From: Octopus vulgaris
Taxonomy: Eukaryota
DNA length: 64,000 bases
Assembly (NCBI GenBank): GCA_951406725.2
Contig: OX597824.1
Span: forward strand, 93,186,001 to 93,250,000
Direction of reading: 5' to 3'
Positions 1 to 13,859 of the stretch are shown one piece after another. The translations under genes were made by a program, and so were the position numbers. The notes under the pieces are model-generated. The model was given only the letters and a program-made list of their open reading frames with translations, was not told the DNA's origin and did no database searches. Positions within the stretch are counted from its first letter, which is position 1, and each line of letters opens with the position of its first letter.

Positions 1-602
1 CGCATGTTTGCATGTCGTTACTGAAATATATAAATGGAATTTCTTCACACGAGATTTGCCAATTTCTTACACTCCAAAGCATATTCAATTCCGAACGGAT
101 TAAAGTTATCCAATTGGTAAAAGGAGAATGCAAGTAAGCAGACATTCAGCAGTCGCTTGATCTGCTAGAAATATCAGAGGAATCGTTAGAATATCGAAAC
201 AAGCCGAGGAAACGTACATTAGTAAATGAAGTTACTCGTATGAATATAAACAGAATGGTCGTGGCTGGAACGTCGATGAAAATATATTCACTTACTTAGA
301 CGTGGTAAATATCCAGGTGAGGTGTATACTGCAGGCTACTCGTCAGGCCAAGGGTATATTCATTAAATGAAAGTTTATATGCATTCAGACAACGTCCAAC
401 GTAAGAATGTGTTGCGGGTGCGAACTGCGTGATTTCTGTAAATATTGAAGTGGTGCCGAAACTCAAACTAAATTGCTGACAGATTCGTTATTCTTCACGG
501 AACAGTCGTAGGCAAACATGCAACATCCTATCCTCCACAGCGCCATGGCTTCACCCGAAAAGAAGAAAAATGCTAAAACTCTACGGACCGAATATTACGA
601 GT

Positions 603-656
<54 letters not shown>

Positions 657-660
<4 letters not shown>

Positions 661-860
661 TAATCCAAACAAGAAAGCACAAAAAAACACAACAACGCTA
701 GGACGTGGAACAAATATAGTACGCTATATATTGGACGCTCAGGAAAGAAGGAAAGAAGGAGGGTTTAACCTTTCGAGCGGAGCTCTTCGTCGGAAACATA
801 GGAGAAGGAACGATCCAGAGAAGGGAAGACAGAGGGAAAAAATTCGCCAACGGTACACAC
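657..860 (-). mobile_element. Short repeat carrying a hammerhead-like motif (probable Penelope-like pLTR or retrozyme fragment)
   Basis: Homologous to 52591-52795 (+). The minus strand reads tgttt-CCGACGA-a-gagc(tcc)gctc-GAAA-ggtt-aaac at 763-798. Abuts (TA)n at 607-656. Confidence 0.6.
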
Positions 861-1441
861 GCGGTCAAATGGGGCTGAGTAATAGACATTTCAAAAACAT
901 CCGTTCTCTCTGCTCCACTCGGTACTACAACATTGTGTCTATAAGAATTGCTACGTCTAAATGTATGTATATATGTATATATGTTTGAATGTATCTATGT
1001 ATGTGTGTACGTACGATATTTATCCGTACGTGCTTGTGAGTCTATGGGTTTGTAAGTATATGTGATATTTTAATATCTATAAACATTATATTTTGTCAGA
1101 TGACATACAAGGCTACATCTATTTGTTGAAGTTCAAACTAACGCCTGGCGAGTGAGAGCTAATAATTGAACTGTCAACAATGCGCTTGTTCTATAAAACT
1201 GATTGGATATTCTTCCAACGAAGATGGCGTTCACCTATTTTCAATAACGGCAAAGATTTGTAGGCTTCGGCAAGACTTTGTCAGATGTCGAAGGGATATG
1301 AATGTATAAGTACAAAGTACATTTGTATGAGCATACGTTTGTGTGCAAAATGTGCGTGTTTACGCATTATGTATGTGTGTATATATATATATACATATAT
1401 ATGCATACATTTGTATATATTTGTATATATATGCATACATT

Positions 1442-1495
<54 letters not shown>

Positions 1496-1536
1496 TATAT
1501 GTATAGATGAGTGCATACATATGTGTTTGTATATAG

Positions 1537-1611
<75 letters not shown>

Positions 1612-1744
1612 AGGATATGTATGTAGTTCTATGTAAATACATGTGTAAACATGTATGTATATTTACTTGTGTGTGTGTTTGTGTGTATTGCTATGTGTGC
1701 ACGTATATGGAGAGTTACATTTGTATGTATGCATCCATAGAGAG

Positions 1745-1800
1745 ACAGATATATAGATCGATAGATAGATATATAGATAGGTGAATAGATATATAGACGA

Positions 1801-1879
<79 letters not shown>

Positions 1880-1885
1880 GATAGA
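1745..1885. repeat. (TAGA)n tetranucleotide microsatellite
   Basis: Directly visible; pure tract about 1801-1885. Confidence 0.95.
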
Positions 1886-2320
1886 CAAGTGCTTTCATAT
1901 TTATTGATTATAGAAACATACTCATGCGCTTGTGTTAGTTTGTAGGTGAGCGTATTCCTGTGTGTGTATATGTGTATGGATGTGTTTGCGCGAGCAGCAG
2001 TTCGCCTACATTTGAAAGCTCTGTGTATGAGTAATCGTGAATATTAGTTGTAACATCTGATGTGTTTGATCGTTTTGCTAACATCTCCTACGTTATTTCT
2101 TTTCGCTTGTAATTGCAATGCAGTTGACCAGACGAGGTGACAACATTACTGCTTCCCGTGGATTTCAGACATGCACTGTCAACGCGTCTGGTGTTTATAT
2201 TCTCAATCATATTTCGATGTAGAGTGCGAGCGACTGCGACAGTCATTAGTAGGTTTCCAAGAGAGAATATTTCACGTGAATCACTTACATGTGATTACAT
2301 GAACGCGTCAATATTGACAG

Positions 2321-2572
2321 AATATTCTCTTCTACTCTGAGTACAAGGCCCGAAATATTGGGGAAGGGGGCCAGTCGATTAGATTGACACCAGGACACAA
2401 CTGGTATTTAATTTATCGCCCCCCAGTGCGTAACTGGTTTTTATTTAATCAACCCCTAAAGGATGAAAGGCAAAGTCGACCTCGGCGGGATTTGGACTCA
2501 CAAGGTGAAGACCGACAAAAAACGCTAAGCATTTCGCCCGGCGTGCTAACATTTCTGCCAGCCCGTCGCCTT
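2321..2572 (-). mobile_element. tRNA-derived SINE, family A, tail type B
   Basis: Reverse complement of the aaggcggcgagctggcagaa head, a B-box-like gagttcaaat and the central gcctttcatcc..gataaa..agtaccag block shared by more than 15 copies in the window. Confidence 0.85.
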
Positions 2573-2630
2573 ACTCAGCAAAATAGATACCTTTCTACTA
2601 TAGGCACGTCTCTGCCAGCTGGCCGCCGTA

Positions 2631-2850
2631 AATATTCTTTTTTACTCTAGGCACAGGGGTCGAAAATTTGGGGGAGGGGGCCAGTCGAATAGATCGACCC
2701 CAGCACGCAACTAGAACAAATTTTGTCGCCCCCGATAGGATGAAACACAAAGTTGACCTCGGGGGAATTTGAACTCAGAACGTGGAAACAGACAAAATAA
2801 CGCTAGGTATTTCGCCCGGCGTGTTAACGTTTCTGCCAGATCACCGCTTT
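2631..2850 (-). mobile_element. tRNA-derived SINE, family A, tail type B
   Basis: Second adjacent copy with the same head, core and ggccccctccccc...tgcctagagtaaaaaagaata tail. Confidence 0.85.
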
Positions 2851-2964
2851 AATGTTGAGAAAATATTAACAGATATGAACACCGAAAAAGTTTCTCGGCA
2901 TATTGTACAGACAGAATGGTCGAGAAGCGAATAACATTGGTTGTAGTATTACATTTTTACCATT

Positions 2965-3196
2965 AAGGCGGCGAGCTTGTAGAAACATTAGCACGCCAGG
3001 CAACATGCTAAACGGTATTTCGTCTGTCTATACTTTCTGAGTTCAAATTCCACAGAGGTCGACTTTGTCTTTCATCCTTTAGGGGTCGATCAAATAAGTA
3101 CCAGTTAGCACTGGGTTCGATGTAATCGACTTAATCTCTTTGTCTGTCCTTGTTTGTCCCCTCTATGTTTAGCCCCTTGTGAGCAACAAAGAAATA
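2965..3196 (+). mobile_element. tRNA-derived SINE, family A, tail type A
   Basis: aaggcggcgagc head, gagttcaaattcc B box, core, and ttgtctgtccttgtttgtcc...aaagaaata tail. Confidence 0.9.
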
Positions 3197-3249
3197 ATTT
3201 CGTTTGAAACATTTACTAAAGAATGAACGATATTTTATATTAATGTTTT

Positions 3250-3460
3250 GGGGAGAATGGTTGACACACTGAGCATAATGATTAGCGCAATTTCGTTCAT
3301 CTTCATATTCCGAGTACAAATTCCTCCGAGGTCAACTTCGCCTTTCATCTATTTCGGGGTCGATAAAATAAAGTACCAGTTGAGTACTGAAGTTGATGTT
3401 ATTGACTTTCCCCACCTCCAAAATTGCTGGCCTTATGCCCAAATTTGAAACTAATATTTT
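3250..3460 (+). mobile_element. Diverged family A SINE, tail type C
   Basis: gaggtcaacttcgcctttcatc...ggggtcgataaaataaagtaccag core followed by aaaattgctggccttatgcccaaatttgaaac. Confidence 0.75.
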
Positions 3461-4082
3461 GAGGATACGTGTGTGTGGTTATGAAATTTGCTTAGCAAAT
3501 ACGTGTTTTTCTTCTCGCAGATGGCATCTCGAAAGCTATACTTGTCATATAGCCGAAGGTAATAATTTGTGAATAAAACTCAGCAGGTTAATTGTGCTTA
3601 GCTAAAGGACGTCGCACAGTGATAAGGATACAGGGAGGTTATAATTGAAAGGTCGAATAGTGTAGGCAGATGTTAATATAATTTCTTTGGAGTCGTACAG
3701 TGTGATTAAAGAGTCTTCTTCACGAAATATCCAACCAAATCAAAGTATTTCTTAGTCACTACCTAATATGTCGAAGTACTGTCAGCAAACAAGTCTTCGA
3801 ATTCCAGAGCAGGTATACGAAGAAGCAGTTCTTTCTAGAACCATTTATATGACGCAGTGATTGATTTTTTTTGACACGTTTCTTAATATTCGATCCGCAT
3901 TGATGCGGATATTCTGAACTATCTTTTCTGGAAATCTTTCAAATCAGCTATTATGAACCATTTCTGAAATATTTGTGCCGACGGACATGTCTGCCTCGAT
4001 ATAAGCCCTGTACTTTATAGTGTTTTAATGTGATGGACGGCAAACTGCCATCGATGGTCTAGCTTAGTGCCCGCGTTGTACT

Positions 4083-4227
4083 ACAGATTTAAGAAATAAT
4101 TTTTTGTAACTAAACACCTTTAAACTTTGGACACTGGTAGAATGTGTCATATAAAACATGTTTTACTCTTAGCGTTTTTGAGAAGTTTGAAAGTGCTTAG
4201 TTACAAAAAATTACTTTTTAAATCTGT
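4083..4227. repeat. Inverted repeat (about 45-bp arms), MITE-like
   Basis: acagatttaagaaataattttttgtaactaaacacctttaaactt (4083-4127) versus its reverse complement at 4183-4227, about 5 mismatches. Confidence 0.75.
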
Positions 4228-4285
4228 CCGTCAAAAGGTAAAGATCTTTTACTACTTCGAAGATGTCGCGAGGTTGCTATTCCTT

Positions 4286-4410
4286 GGTTCGACTTTGCCT
4301 TTCATCCTTTCGCGGTCGATAAATAAAGTACCAGTTTCGCACTGGGGTCGATGTAATCGACTTAATCCCTTTGTCTGTCCTTGTTTGTCCCCTCTATGTT
4401 TAACCCCTGA
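4286..4410 (+). mobile_element. 5'-truncated family A SINE
   Basis: Core and tail A only. Confidence 0.8.
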
Positions 4411-4715
4411 TCATTGTGAAGATATTTTTTTGACAAGAAAAAGCAGCTTGTGTCTCCACAGTTTGCAGTTTATGACTAAATAATTATTTTCCTGTACGAT
4501 TGTAGAAACAGCTGAGAGCGATGCCGTTTGCACCGTTTATTTTCATTGATTTTGATGCAAAATTGTTTCAGCCTAGAATATAGTGAGACACGTTTTCTCT
4601 TATTTGTCCTTTGTTGTCTGTATTCCACATCGAGAGCTGTGTAATGTTTTGGAAATATAAGCAGAGTCCTTAGTTATTTTCTGCTGATGTAGATAATTTG
4701 AATAAATTCTGTGGC

Positions 4716-4851
4716 TGTTGCGATGAGCGTCACGACGCCCCCTTATAAGAAATAGACTGGACCGGGCGATTATAAGTAGTAGCGGTCGGAGTGAAGTTAG
4801 TTCGATTTGAGTTCGTAGTGAAGTCGGAAGATGTCGGTTAGTTAGTTCGTT
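4716..4851 (+). mobile_element. Possible truncated LTR
   Basis: Starts tgttgcg, contains gacgcccc and a TATA-like tataagta as in the solo LTR at 45363-45518; cut by the SINE at 4852. Confidence 0.35.
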
Positions 4852-5268
4852 AAGGCGGCGAGCTGGCAGAAACGTTAGCACGCCGGGCGAAATGCGTAGC
4901 CGTATTTTGTCTGCCGCTACGTTCTGAGTTCAGATTCCGCCGAGGTCGACTTTGCCTTTCATCCTTTCGGGGTCGATAAATAAAGTACCAGTTTCGCACT
5001 GGGGTCGATGTAATCGACTTAATCCCTTTGTCTGTCCTTGTTTGTCCTCTCTGTGTTTAGCCCCTTGTGGGTAGTAAAGAAATAGGTATTTCGTCTGCCG
5101 CTACGTTCTGAGTTCAAATTCCGCCGAGGTCGACTTTGCCTTTCATCCTTTCGGAGTCGATTAAATAAGTACCAGTTACCCACTGGGGTTGATATAATCG
5201 ACTTAATCCCTTTGTCTGTCCTTGTTTGTCCCCTTTGTGTTTAGCCCCTTGTGGGCAATAAAGAAATA
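4852..5268 (+). mobile_element. Family A SINE, dimer (one head, about 184-bp body twice)
   Basis: Body starts at 4902 and again at 5086, after the junction aaagaaatag|gtatttcgtctg. Confidence 0.92.
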
Positions 5269-5323
5269 TATATATAGTTTTAGATCTTTATTCACTCACA
5301 CACATACACACACACACTTCCTT

Positions 5324-5384
<61 letters not shown>

Positions 5385-5845
5385 CCCCTCATGCTCTCTC
5401 CCTCACTCTATGGAGCGCTCTTTCTCTCTTTCTTATTCTTCTTCTCTGTGTCTCTGATATTAAGGTGCTTGCGTAGTTTCACATTCATTCCAATTCAATT
5501 TTTTTTTTCCTTTTAGCCAATATACTAACACCACGAGGTATTTCCTTCCCTTACATATTACTTAATTTTTTCGACTGATCCCTCTTCGCCATTTGACTTT
5601 TAAATCTTCTGTTTTGCTATTTCTGTTGTTTAATGATTTTTCGTACATTGTATTTATTTATTAATTTTTTTCACTTTTTCCTTTCGGAAGAAATGTTGCT
5701 TGCACACAATTAGCATTATCTCTTTAAATATGCAATAATATATTTAGAGGACATTAGACCAGAATTCTTCTCTCACATATTAACTCTATATGTTTGGTTA
5801 GCCTCGTTAGTCGGTTAGAGTTATAACTGTGTTACATACACATAT

Positions 5846-6386
<541 letters not shown>

Positions 6387-7026
6387 ACAGCATATTTCTT
6401 TAGGTAAGGGACTGTTTATGACTTTTTCGTTTTATGTGTAAATATAAGTAAATGTGTTTATCCGTTTCTCGTAACGTAGAATTTTCATGCCCCTTTTTTT
6501 ATATATTACTTGCTAACCAGGTTCCTTGACTATACAGAACAATTTCTTCAGTTTATGATTTGTTTTTTTTTTTTCTGGAAGTATTTTGGGGCTATTTATA
6601 TTAATCTGCAATCATTCCCTGCTATATACTTATATAAACTGACAATAACTGCCTCGTAGTAATTCCGTAATTACACGACGCCTTTCTGCCCTTTGCCGGC
6701 GGTAAATATAACCTGTCGGAATCTACTTTGATGTCTTATGTTCTAAACATAGTCATTATTTTTCCTTGTTTATGTGTGTGTTGTACATGAGCTGTCTAGC
6801 ACGTACATCTGTGAATTTATTCCTATCAAATTATAGCTGTTTACAGATATAAAATTACGGTTGATCCTCATTACTAGACTCTACTTTCACTTTCGCTATC
6901 AGATCTCGTTGTTTCTATTTATTCTAGATATTTGTCCTTATTCTAAACCCTTAAAACCTTCCATTCTATTTATCTCGCCATACTTTATGTAGTTTTCCTG
7001 TTGCTGTTATTATTATTATTATTATT

Positions 7027-7258
7027 GAGTGAGAGAATGGTGTATGCCATCAAAGTGACACGAGCGTAAAATATACCCATCATGACTACCCGTCTGCAAA
7101 GGGTACACCAGGCACACGCATCACAACCATGTGAAAGCGACCAGTGATCTCACATCTCAATATAAACAGTACATGACCTTGCCTGGTGGGGACCAGTTAG
7201 AATTTTCTCCGTTTCGAGCAGCCTATCCTGCTCAAAAGGTCATTGAATAAGGGTTGTT
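7027..7258 (-). mobile_element. Truncated copy of the about 555-bp (TAA)n-embedded element
   Basis: Matches the first 230 bp (plus strand) of 48328-48881 and 50211-50762; flanked by (ATT)n. Confidence 0.85.
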
Positions 7259-7259
7259 A

Positions 7260-7365
<106 letters not shown>

Positions 7366-7370
7366 TATTA

Positions 7371-7423
<53 letters not shown>

Positions 7424-7795
7424 GCATTTGCGCAGCCACTAACGCTGGAGATGTATTACAATGTCAGCGGTTCACTACCAGTGAACTAAGGTAACATCTC
7501 TTATTTTTCGAGCAACTTCTGGAGTATTCGAGCGGTTCCAAGCTGTGCTGTTTTCTATAAATGCTCCACCCTTATTGCAGCTCCTATTTGTTCCACGTAC
7601 TTCTCGATATGTTTGCTCACTGTTCGCAGGATTCCGACAATTATTGGTACTACTGCTACCTTTCTCCTCGACCACAACGGCTTAAATTCCCAAGCTAACC
7701 TGTCATATCACTCAACTTTTCTTTCTTCCTTATCGCATACGTTGTTGTCAGCTGGTCATGCTATATCTATGATCCAGCATAGTTTGTTTTCTTGG
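7424..7795 (-). mobile_element. 3' end of an R4/Dong-like RLE non-LTR retrotransposon (pseudogenised)
   Basis: Minus-strand translation CWIIDIA*PADNNVCDKEERKVE*YDRLAWEFKPLWSRRKVAVVPIIVGILRTV...KTAQLGTARILQKLLEK* resembles the restriction-like endonuclease C-terminus. A short 3'UTR and a (TAA)n tail follow. Confidence 0.85.
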
Positions 7796-8099
7796 GATGA
7801 GTGTCATGCAGAAAAAGAAATACGAAATAGGTTACCTTGGAAACCTACATCGTCTATTTTGATATTCCTTCTTTGCCTGACTCCGTAACAGTTATTTAAA
7901 AGGAGAAACATTGGCTATTTTGTCATACCGTGTAAAAGAAAGTTAAATATATAAATATATCGAGGGAGATCTTAGATATTTCCAAGACTTAATATTCACA
8001 CATCAGGAAATTCCAGTAGCGGTGCTCTAGTATACACACAGCTACCGAGCTGAAACTAGTAATGTAAAGTATTTAAGTTCTCATGCTTTGTCTGGCGAT

Positions 8100-9900
8100 T
8101 TTTATACTACCATTTTCTTGATCATAAATTGGTTTTTATATTCAATTTTATCCTTTTACCTCCTTTCTGAATGATAATAGTTTCCAAAAAATAATGCATA
8201 TTTATTTGAAGGATATTCTTTTTCTTAGCTAATGGTCTTTTCCGCAGGAATTATACTGTGCCATCTCTCAACTAACTGGAGACGTCCATGGGGTTTTGCA
8301 TCAGTGCTATCGTTTCCTTCGCTAATGCTTGCGGATTCGTATAAGTATATTTAATCGATAATTTGGGATTTGGTCGACTACTGGCAAGTTCTCTTTGTGT
8401 GTTTTGTTAACGGTCTATCTAAGCTCTGTCGCTTTATCTTCTAGCCATTGTTGTAATTTCACATCATTCGCGGTTTTTATTTTCCCTGTTGTTTCAACCC
8501 GTTTCCTCATTATATTCTTTTCACTTACTCCAAAGTTCCAATCCAAAATTCCTATTCTTCATTCATATTGAGTGCATGCTTTATTTCTTGCATTTGTTTC
8601 CCAATTTCTTTTTAAAATTTCATTGTGTCTGTTTGGAAAATCTAGTTTTGTCTATAGAATTCACTTCTTTATTCTTATCATCTAACCCGTTCTGCTTTGA
8701 CTGGTACGAGTTGGTTCCATCTGTCTTTGATGTAGGGACACTTAGTTCATCTGTTATTTTGTATTTTTCTTCAGTGTTTCATGCTTGGCTAATCTTGACA
8801 TTTATTCCCTTCGAAAGGTCATTTAAGAATAGACAATCCTCCTCAAAGATGTTTAATTTTTTTTTTTATATTTTGTTTTTCTACTTGGTTGGCTGTTGAC
8901 ATGTTTGTTATTTCATTTATTTTAAGTACAATGTTGTTACTCAAAGCCTTCACCGTAGACTATATAACATCACTGATGCTGTCTCTCAATATTTCTTTCA
9001 TTGTTGCATTACTTTAAACTTATTTTGCGTTTTTCTTCTTCTTTTCGAATTTTGGCAGCTAGTCTCTGTCGCTCGTTTCAGTGCATAAGTTTATATTCAA
9101 TTCTCCGAATATGACTTATTTGTCTGCTGTGATTTCTTTCTTATGTTCTTCCCTAAGTGAGATACCATCTTCTTCACCTTCATTTTCTAAGACCTGAGTA
9201 TTAGCTTCATTTTTTGCATAGTTTCGTATCTAACATTCGTCTTGATAGGTTGGTTCCTTAGTCATGTAATCATGAAATGTAGAAGAATACGTACTAGAAG
9301 AATACTTGCAATTTTTAGTTTCATTTTGTAAATCCTCCTCATGTGCTTCAATATTTTGGACCCTTATTACATTCGGTTCAATTTCTATGAGTCATTTCTT
9401 TCCATGTACATCCTTATCTGTACGCTCTAGCTTACTGGCGTTCATATTTAGTCCATCGATGTATATCTGTTCAATGATTCTACGTTAAGGTCTTTTAGCG
9501 CTGTTCAAAATACTTTCAGGAATTCCTTTTGCCCCTTCCTTTATCCATTCCTATTTTGAGTTTTGATTTCTGATGTTAGTTTGTGGTGAATATTCCGAAA
9601 GTTCAAGATTCATGTTTATCGACTTTGATTACCGTTTAGACTATTATTCTGGAATTTCGCTCCAGAGGTCCATTTTTATTCCATCCTGATATACTACGGG
9701 GGCATCTTCCTTGGTACCCTGCGTAACGGACGAAGTGGTATGATCTGTATGATTTAGACATTTCCATAATATTTAGGGTCCCATCGCCTTATTGTGAATG
9801 GGTATTATCGTCTCTAATCGTTATCGTGTAATATCCTGCTTCCACTACAATAAATCCCTATCAGTTAAATGTATAGGTTTTATCTGCAAGCAAAATGCTT
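8100..9900 (-). pseudogene. Heavily decayed retroelement ORF (possibly the R4/Dong N-terminal region)
   Basis: Microsatellite-free, A-rich coding-like minus strand with many stops; weak WIKE..KEFLKVF.TAL-like segment near 9500-9560. Confidence 0.3.
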
Positions 9901-10767
9901 GCCAGTGTCTCCGAGCAGTAGATCTGTCACGTTGAATTGTGGCAATGTAATGAAGATGGGGCATAGATAAATATGGAATACCACCAGGAAAATTACGAAT
10001 ACACAATGGGATCGATCTAAGAGCAAGTAACCGTTTTATTTTTTTATAGAGAGCCATTCCAAATAAAGTGGTAAGAGACAAGTAGTAAAATAGGCTTCAG
10101 ACACCCATTTAATATGCTAGTCAATTCCAAGACAAGTAAATATAATGATAAACTATTATAAGAAGAATAAAACGATTGAGGTAAGATTGAGGCAAAAAAT
10201 GAGAGAATATTGACCAGAGGAATGAGAAAGGAAAGAATTACATAACACGGCTGTTCTACGGCAGAAACTATTAGAGCAGACACACTTGCTGCGGGATTAG
10301 ACAACAGGGAAAGGATGAAAAGCTACAGAAAGATGAGTCACTCCTTTAGTAAACTAAAGAAAAGGGGAATTTCAGCAGAACAGATGTAATTATTGAGAGA
10401 ATCGAGCTAATGAAGGTATGCTACGGTTATGAGAGGTAAGTTAAGCTACACAAAGAGGAGCAAACAATTTGTACCCTAACAAGATAAGATTCAACACAGC
10501 CCAAATACTCTGATCAACAGCGATGGCGAAATTAATAGAAGGTGATTGAATTAAGGGGTTCAAGTCATGCTAAGCTTGATCGGACAGAGGTGGTGGATCC
10601 CAAGAATTAGCTGGGTTTCTATTATGTTTTTTGATACATTAATTATATATATATATATATAAAGAGAGAAAGATAGATAGATAGATAGATTTTAAATTGG
10701 TGGTTTGATTTACTTAGACCCAGCCAATTCCAAAATAAGTTGAATTTAAGATCTTAACAGATGATGG

Positions 10768-10980
10768 TTACTCTTTACTCTTTTACTTGTTTCAGTCATT
10801 CGACTGCGGCCAAGCTGGAGCACCGCCTTTAGTCGAGCAAATCGACCCCGGGACTTATTCTTTGTAAGCTCAGTACTTATTCTATCGTTCTCTTTTGCCG
10901 AACCGCTAAGTGACGGGGACGTAAACACACCAGCATCGGTTATCAAGCAATGCTAGAAAGACAAACACAGACAAACATAT

Positions 10981-11037
<57 letters not shown>

Positions 11038-11197
11038 TACGACAGGCTTCTTTCAGTTTCCCTCTACCAAATCCACTCTCAAGGCTTTGGTCGGCCCGAG
11101 GCTATAGCAGAAGACACTTGCCCAAGATGCCACGCAGTGGGACTGAACCCGGAACCATGTGGTTGGTAAGCAAACTACTTACCACACAGCCACTCCT
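10768..11197 (-). mobile_element. tRNA-derived SINE, family B (CORE-like cttgggcaagtgtctt), internal (TA)n
   Basis: Minus head aggagtggctgtgtggtaag...ggttcagtcccactgcgtggcatcttgggcaagtg; (gagtaaa)n-like tail; homologous to 33113-33525. Confidence 0.88.
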
Positions 11198-11600
11198 TTG
11201 TATATTATGATATAATTTTCAACAATACTTCAAAAATTGTTTACTTTGGTCTTTACGTATGTCTCCTTAGTATGTGCGTGCGTGTATTTGTGTATGATAG
11301 ACATCCACGCATCTTTTGTTTTCCAAATTCACTCGAGAAACACTCATTCTGGTTCTATAGCAGACGCCAGAACCCGGAGGTACGTGATAGCAAACCGAGG
11401 GTCTTCACCCAATAACGACGCATGCGCGTTAGCATACAAAATGTTCATCCGTCTCAATATATTGCATTAGGTTCATGCCCTAACCCTTATTTCCTGCGTA
11501 TCCTTGAACATTTTGTATCCCTCTTTTCTGAGAAGCGACTTGTGGTGTATTTGTGTGAGCTTGTAACCAATGAAAATGTCAAATATATTTTTGATTTTGC

Positions 11601-11651
<51 letters not shown>

Positions 11652-11757
11652 TATTAATCTTTATTATATTCAATGCACTGATATTGTTATAGTTATAATC
11701 ATCGACAAGATTATAATAAATACATACATATATCTATCCATCTATCTATCTATCTAT

Positions 11758-11805
<48 letters not shown>

Positions 11806-11935
11806 GTATATATAATATAATATAATATATATATATATACATACATATACATATATATATATGTATATATGTATATATATATATGTATATATATGTATAT
11901 ATATGTGTGTATATATATATATATACACATACATA

Positions 11936-11966
<31 letters not shown>

Positions 11967-11994
11967 ATATATATGTATATGTATATATATATAA

Positions 11995-12042
<48 letters not shown>

Positions 12043-12536
12043 ATGTATATATACATACTGCGAACGCCTTGAAGCCAACCCTATCAAGCAAGTTGAAAAA
12101 ATTTCGGATAAAGAACGAAGTCTTCCCTTTACCTACAGTTTGATATCCGCCTATAAAGATCTTTTATAGATAAAAATCTTTTAAAGGAAAGTCATAAAAG
12201 ATCTATGACTCACAGTCATAGATGGAAAGAATAGAAAGAAAATGTCTTCCTTATATGACTTTAGATTCAATTTTCGCCTTCATTCTCATTTCTCTATTCA
12301 ACATTATATTATGTTTGATTGAATGTACACACACATATATACATATATATACGTATTTACATCTATACATACGTACCTACACACGTAAATACGTATGTAC
12401 GTACATATATACATGTACGTCTATATATATGTGTATATATTCATATATATATTTATACATATATATGTGTGTGTGTCTATATATATATACATATATGTAT
12501 ATAGGTATATATATATAGGTACATATATATATATAT

Positions 12537-12583
<47 letters not shown>

Positions 12584-12607
12584 GGTATATATATGTATAT
12601 ATATATG

Positions 12608-12683
<76 letters not shown>

Positions 12684-12807
12684 CATACATACATGCATAC
12701 ATACAAACATATACGTGCGTATGTGTGTATGGACTGGTAAATTTGTGAGCTGCTAATGTGTTTATTTAATGTAGACTATCCCATTTTCTAAAGAATAATA
12801 ATAATAA

Positions 12808-12838
<31 letters not shown>

Positions 12839-12848
12839 AAGAAGAATG

Positions 12849-12890
<42 letters not shown>

Positions 12891-13038
12891 TAATAATAAT
12901 AATAATAATGATGATGATGATGATGATGATATAATTTCATTCATTTGCCACAAGGGCGAAGGATGAAAAGAACAATACAGAGACAGATGTAAAGTTTTGG
13001 GGTTTACATATAATAATGAAATGATGAAAAAATAATGA

Positions 13039-13113
<75 letters not shown>

Positions 13114-13469
13114 CATCATTATTTTTATTATTATTATTATTTTTATTGCAAGGGCTAAGAACGAATTTCACACAAAATACATGCCCACCAGCAAAATCAC
13201 TGTAATAACACGAAGAACAACAAAAGTAACGAAGTCTTCCGCCTCCACAATCCGAAATGTTGTAATACCCACGTCAACAACGCTAACAACCATTTGGGAA
13301 AAAACAACACGAGCAAATACAAATAGAAAACTACGTCAAGTCAACTTCGTCGTTACAAGATAAACAATTGTGGGCTGATGGAGATGGCAACAAAATAATA
13401 TAAAGGCGAAATAGCAAAAGTAGGCGAAGGACTTGATAAATTCATCCTCAAAAAACTCCGCTGATAGTT

Positions 13470-13592
13470 AGTTTATCGACCCCGAAAGTAGGAATGGTGA
13501 AGTCGACTGAACTTGAACACGCAACGTAACGTTGGACGGAATTCCGCAAAGCATTTTGCCCAGTGTGCTAACGATTCTGCCAGCTTGCCGCC
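13470..13592 (-). mobile_element. Diverged family A SINE fragment
   Basis: tttatcgaccccgaaag...acgattctgccagcttgccgcc. Confidence 0.7.
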
Positions 13593-13859
13593 ACCCAAAC
13601 ATAAATTATTTATAAAAATATCAGTAGACGTTTATAATACTCTGTTGGAGTTTTTAGAAAAAGAATACACACCGCACTTTTACAAAGCGCTCTTGACAGG
13701 ACTCCTACCAAAATAAAGGATAGAGAACAACTGTCTTTCTCGAAGTGACCTCTGCCTCTATTTTCTTCTATGGACACGGTGTCATTCAAAGCAGAGTTTG
13801 TAATCGTATGTAGTTTTTGATTAGCTCAGAAACAAAGTTAATTTCTCAACGGCTTTACA

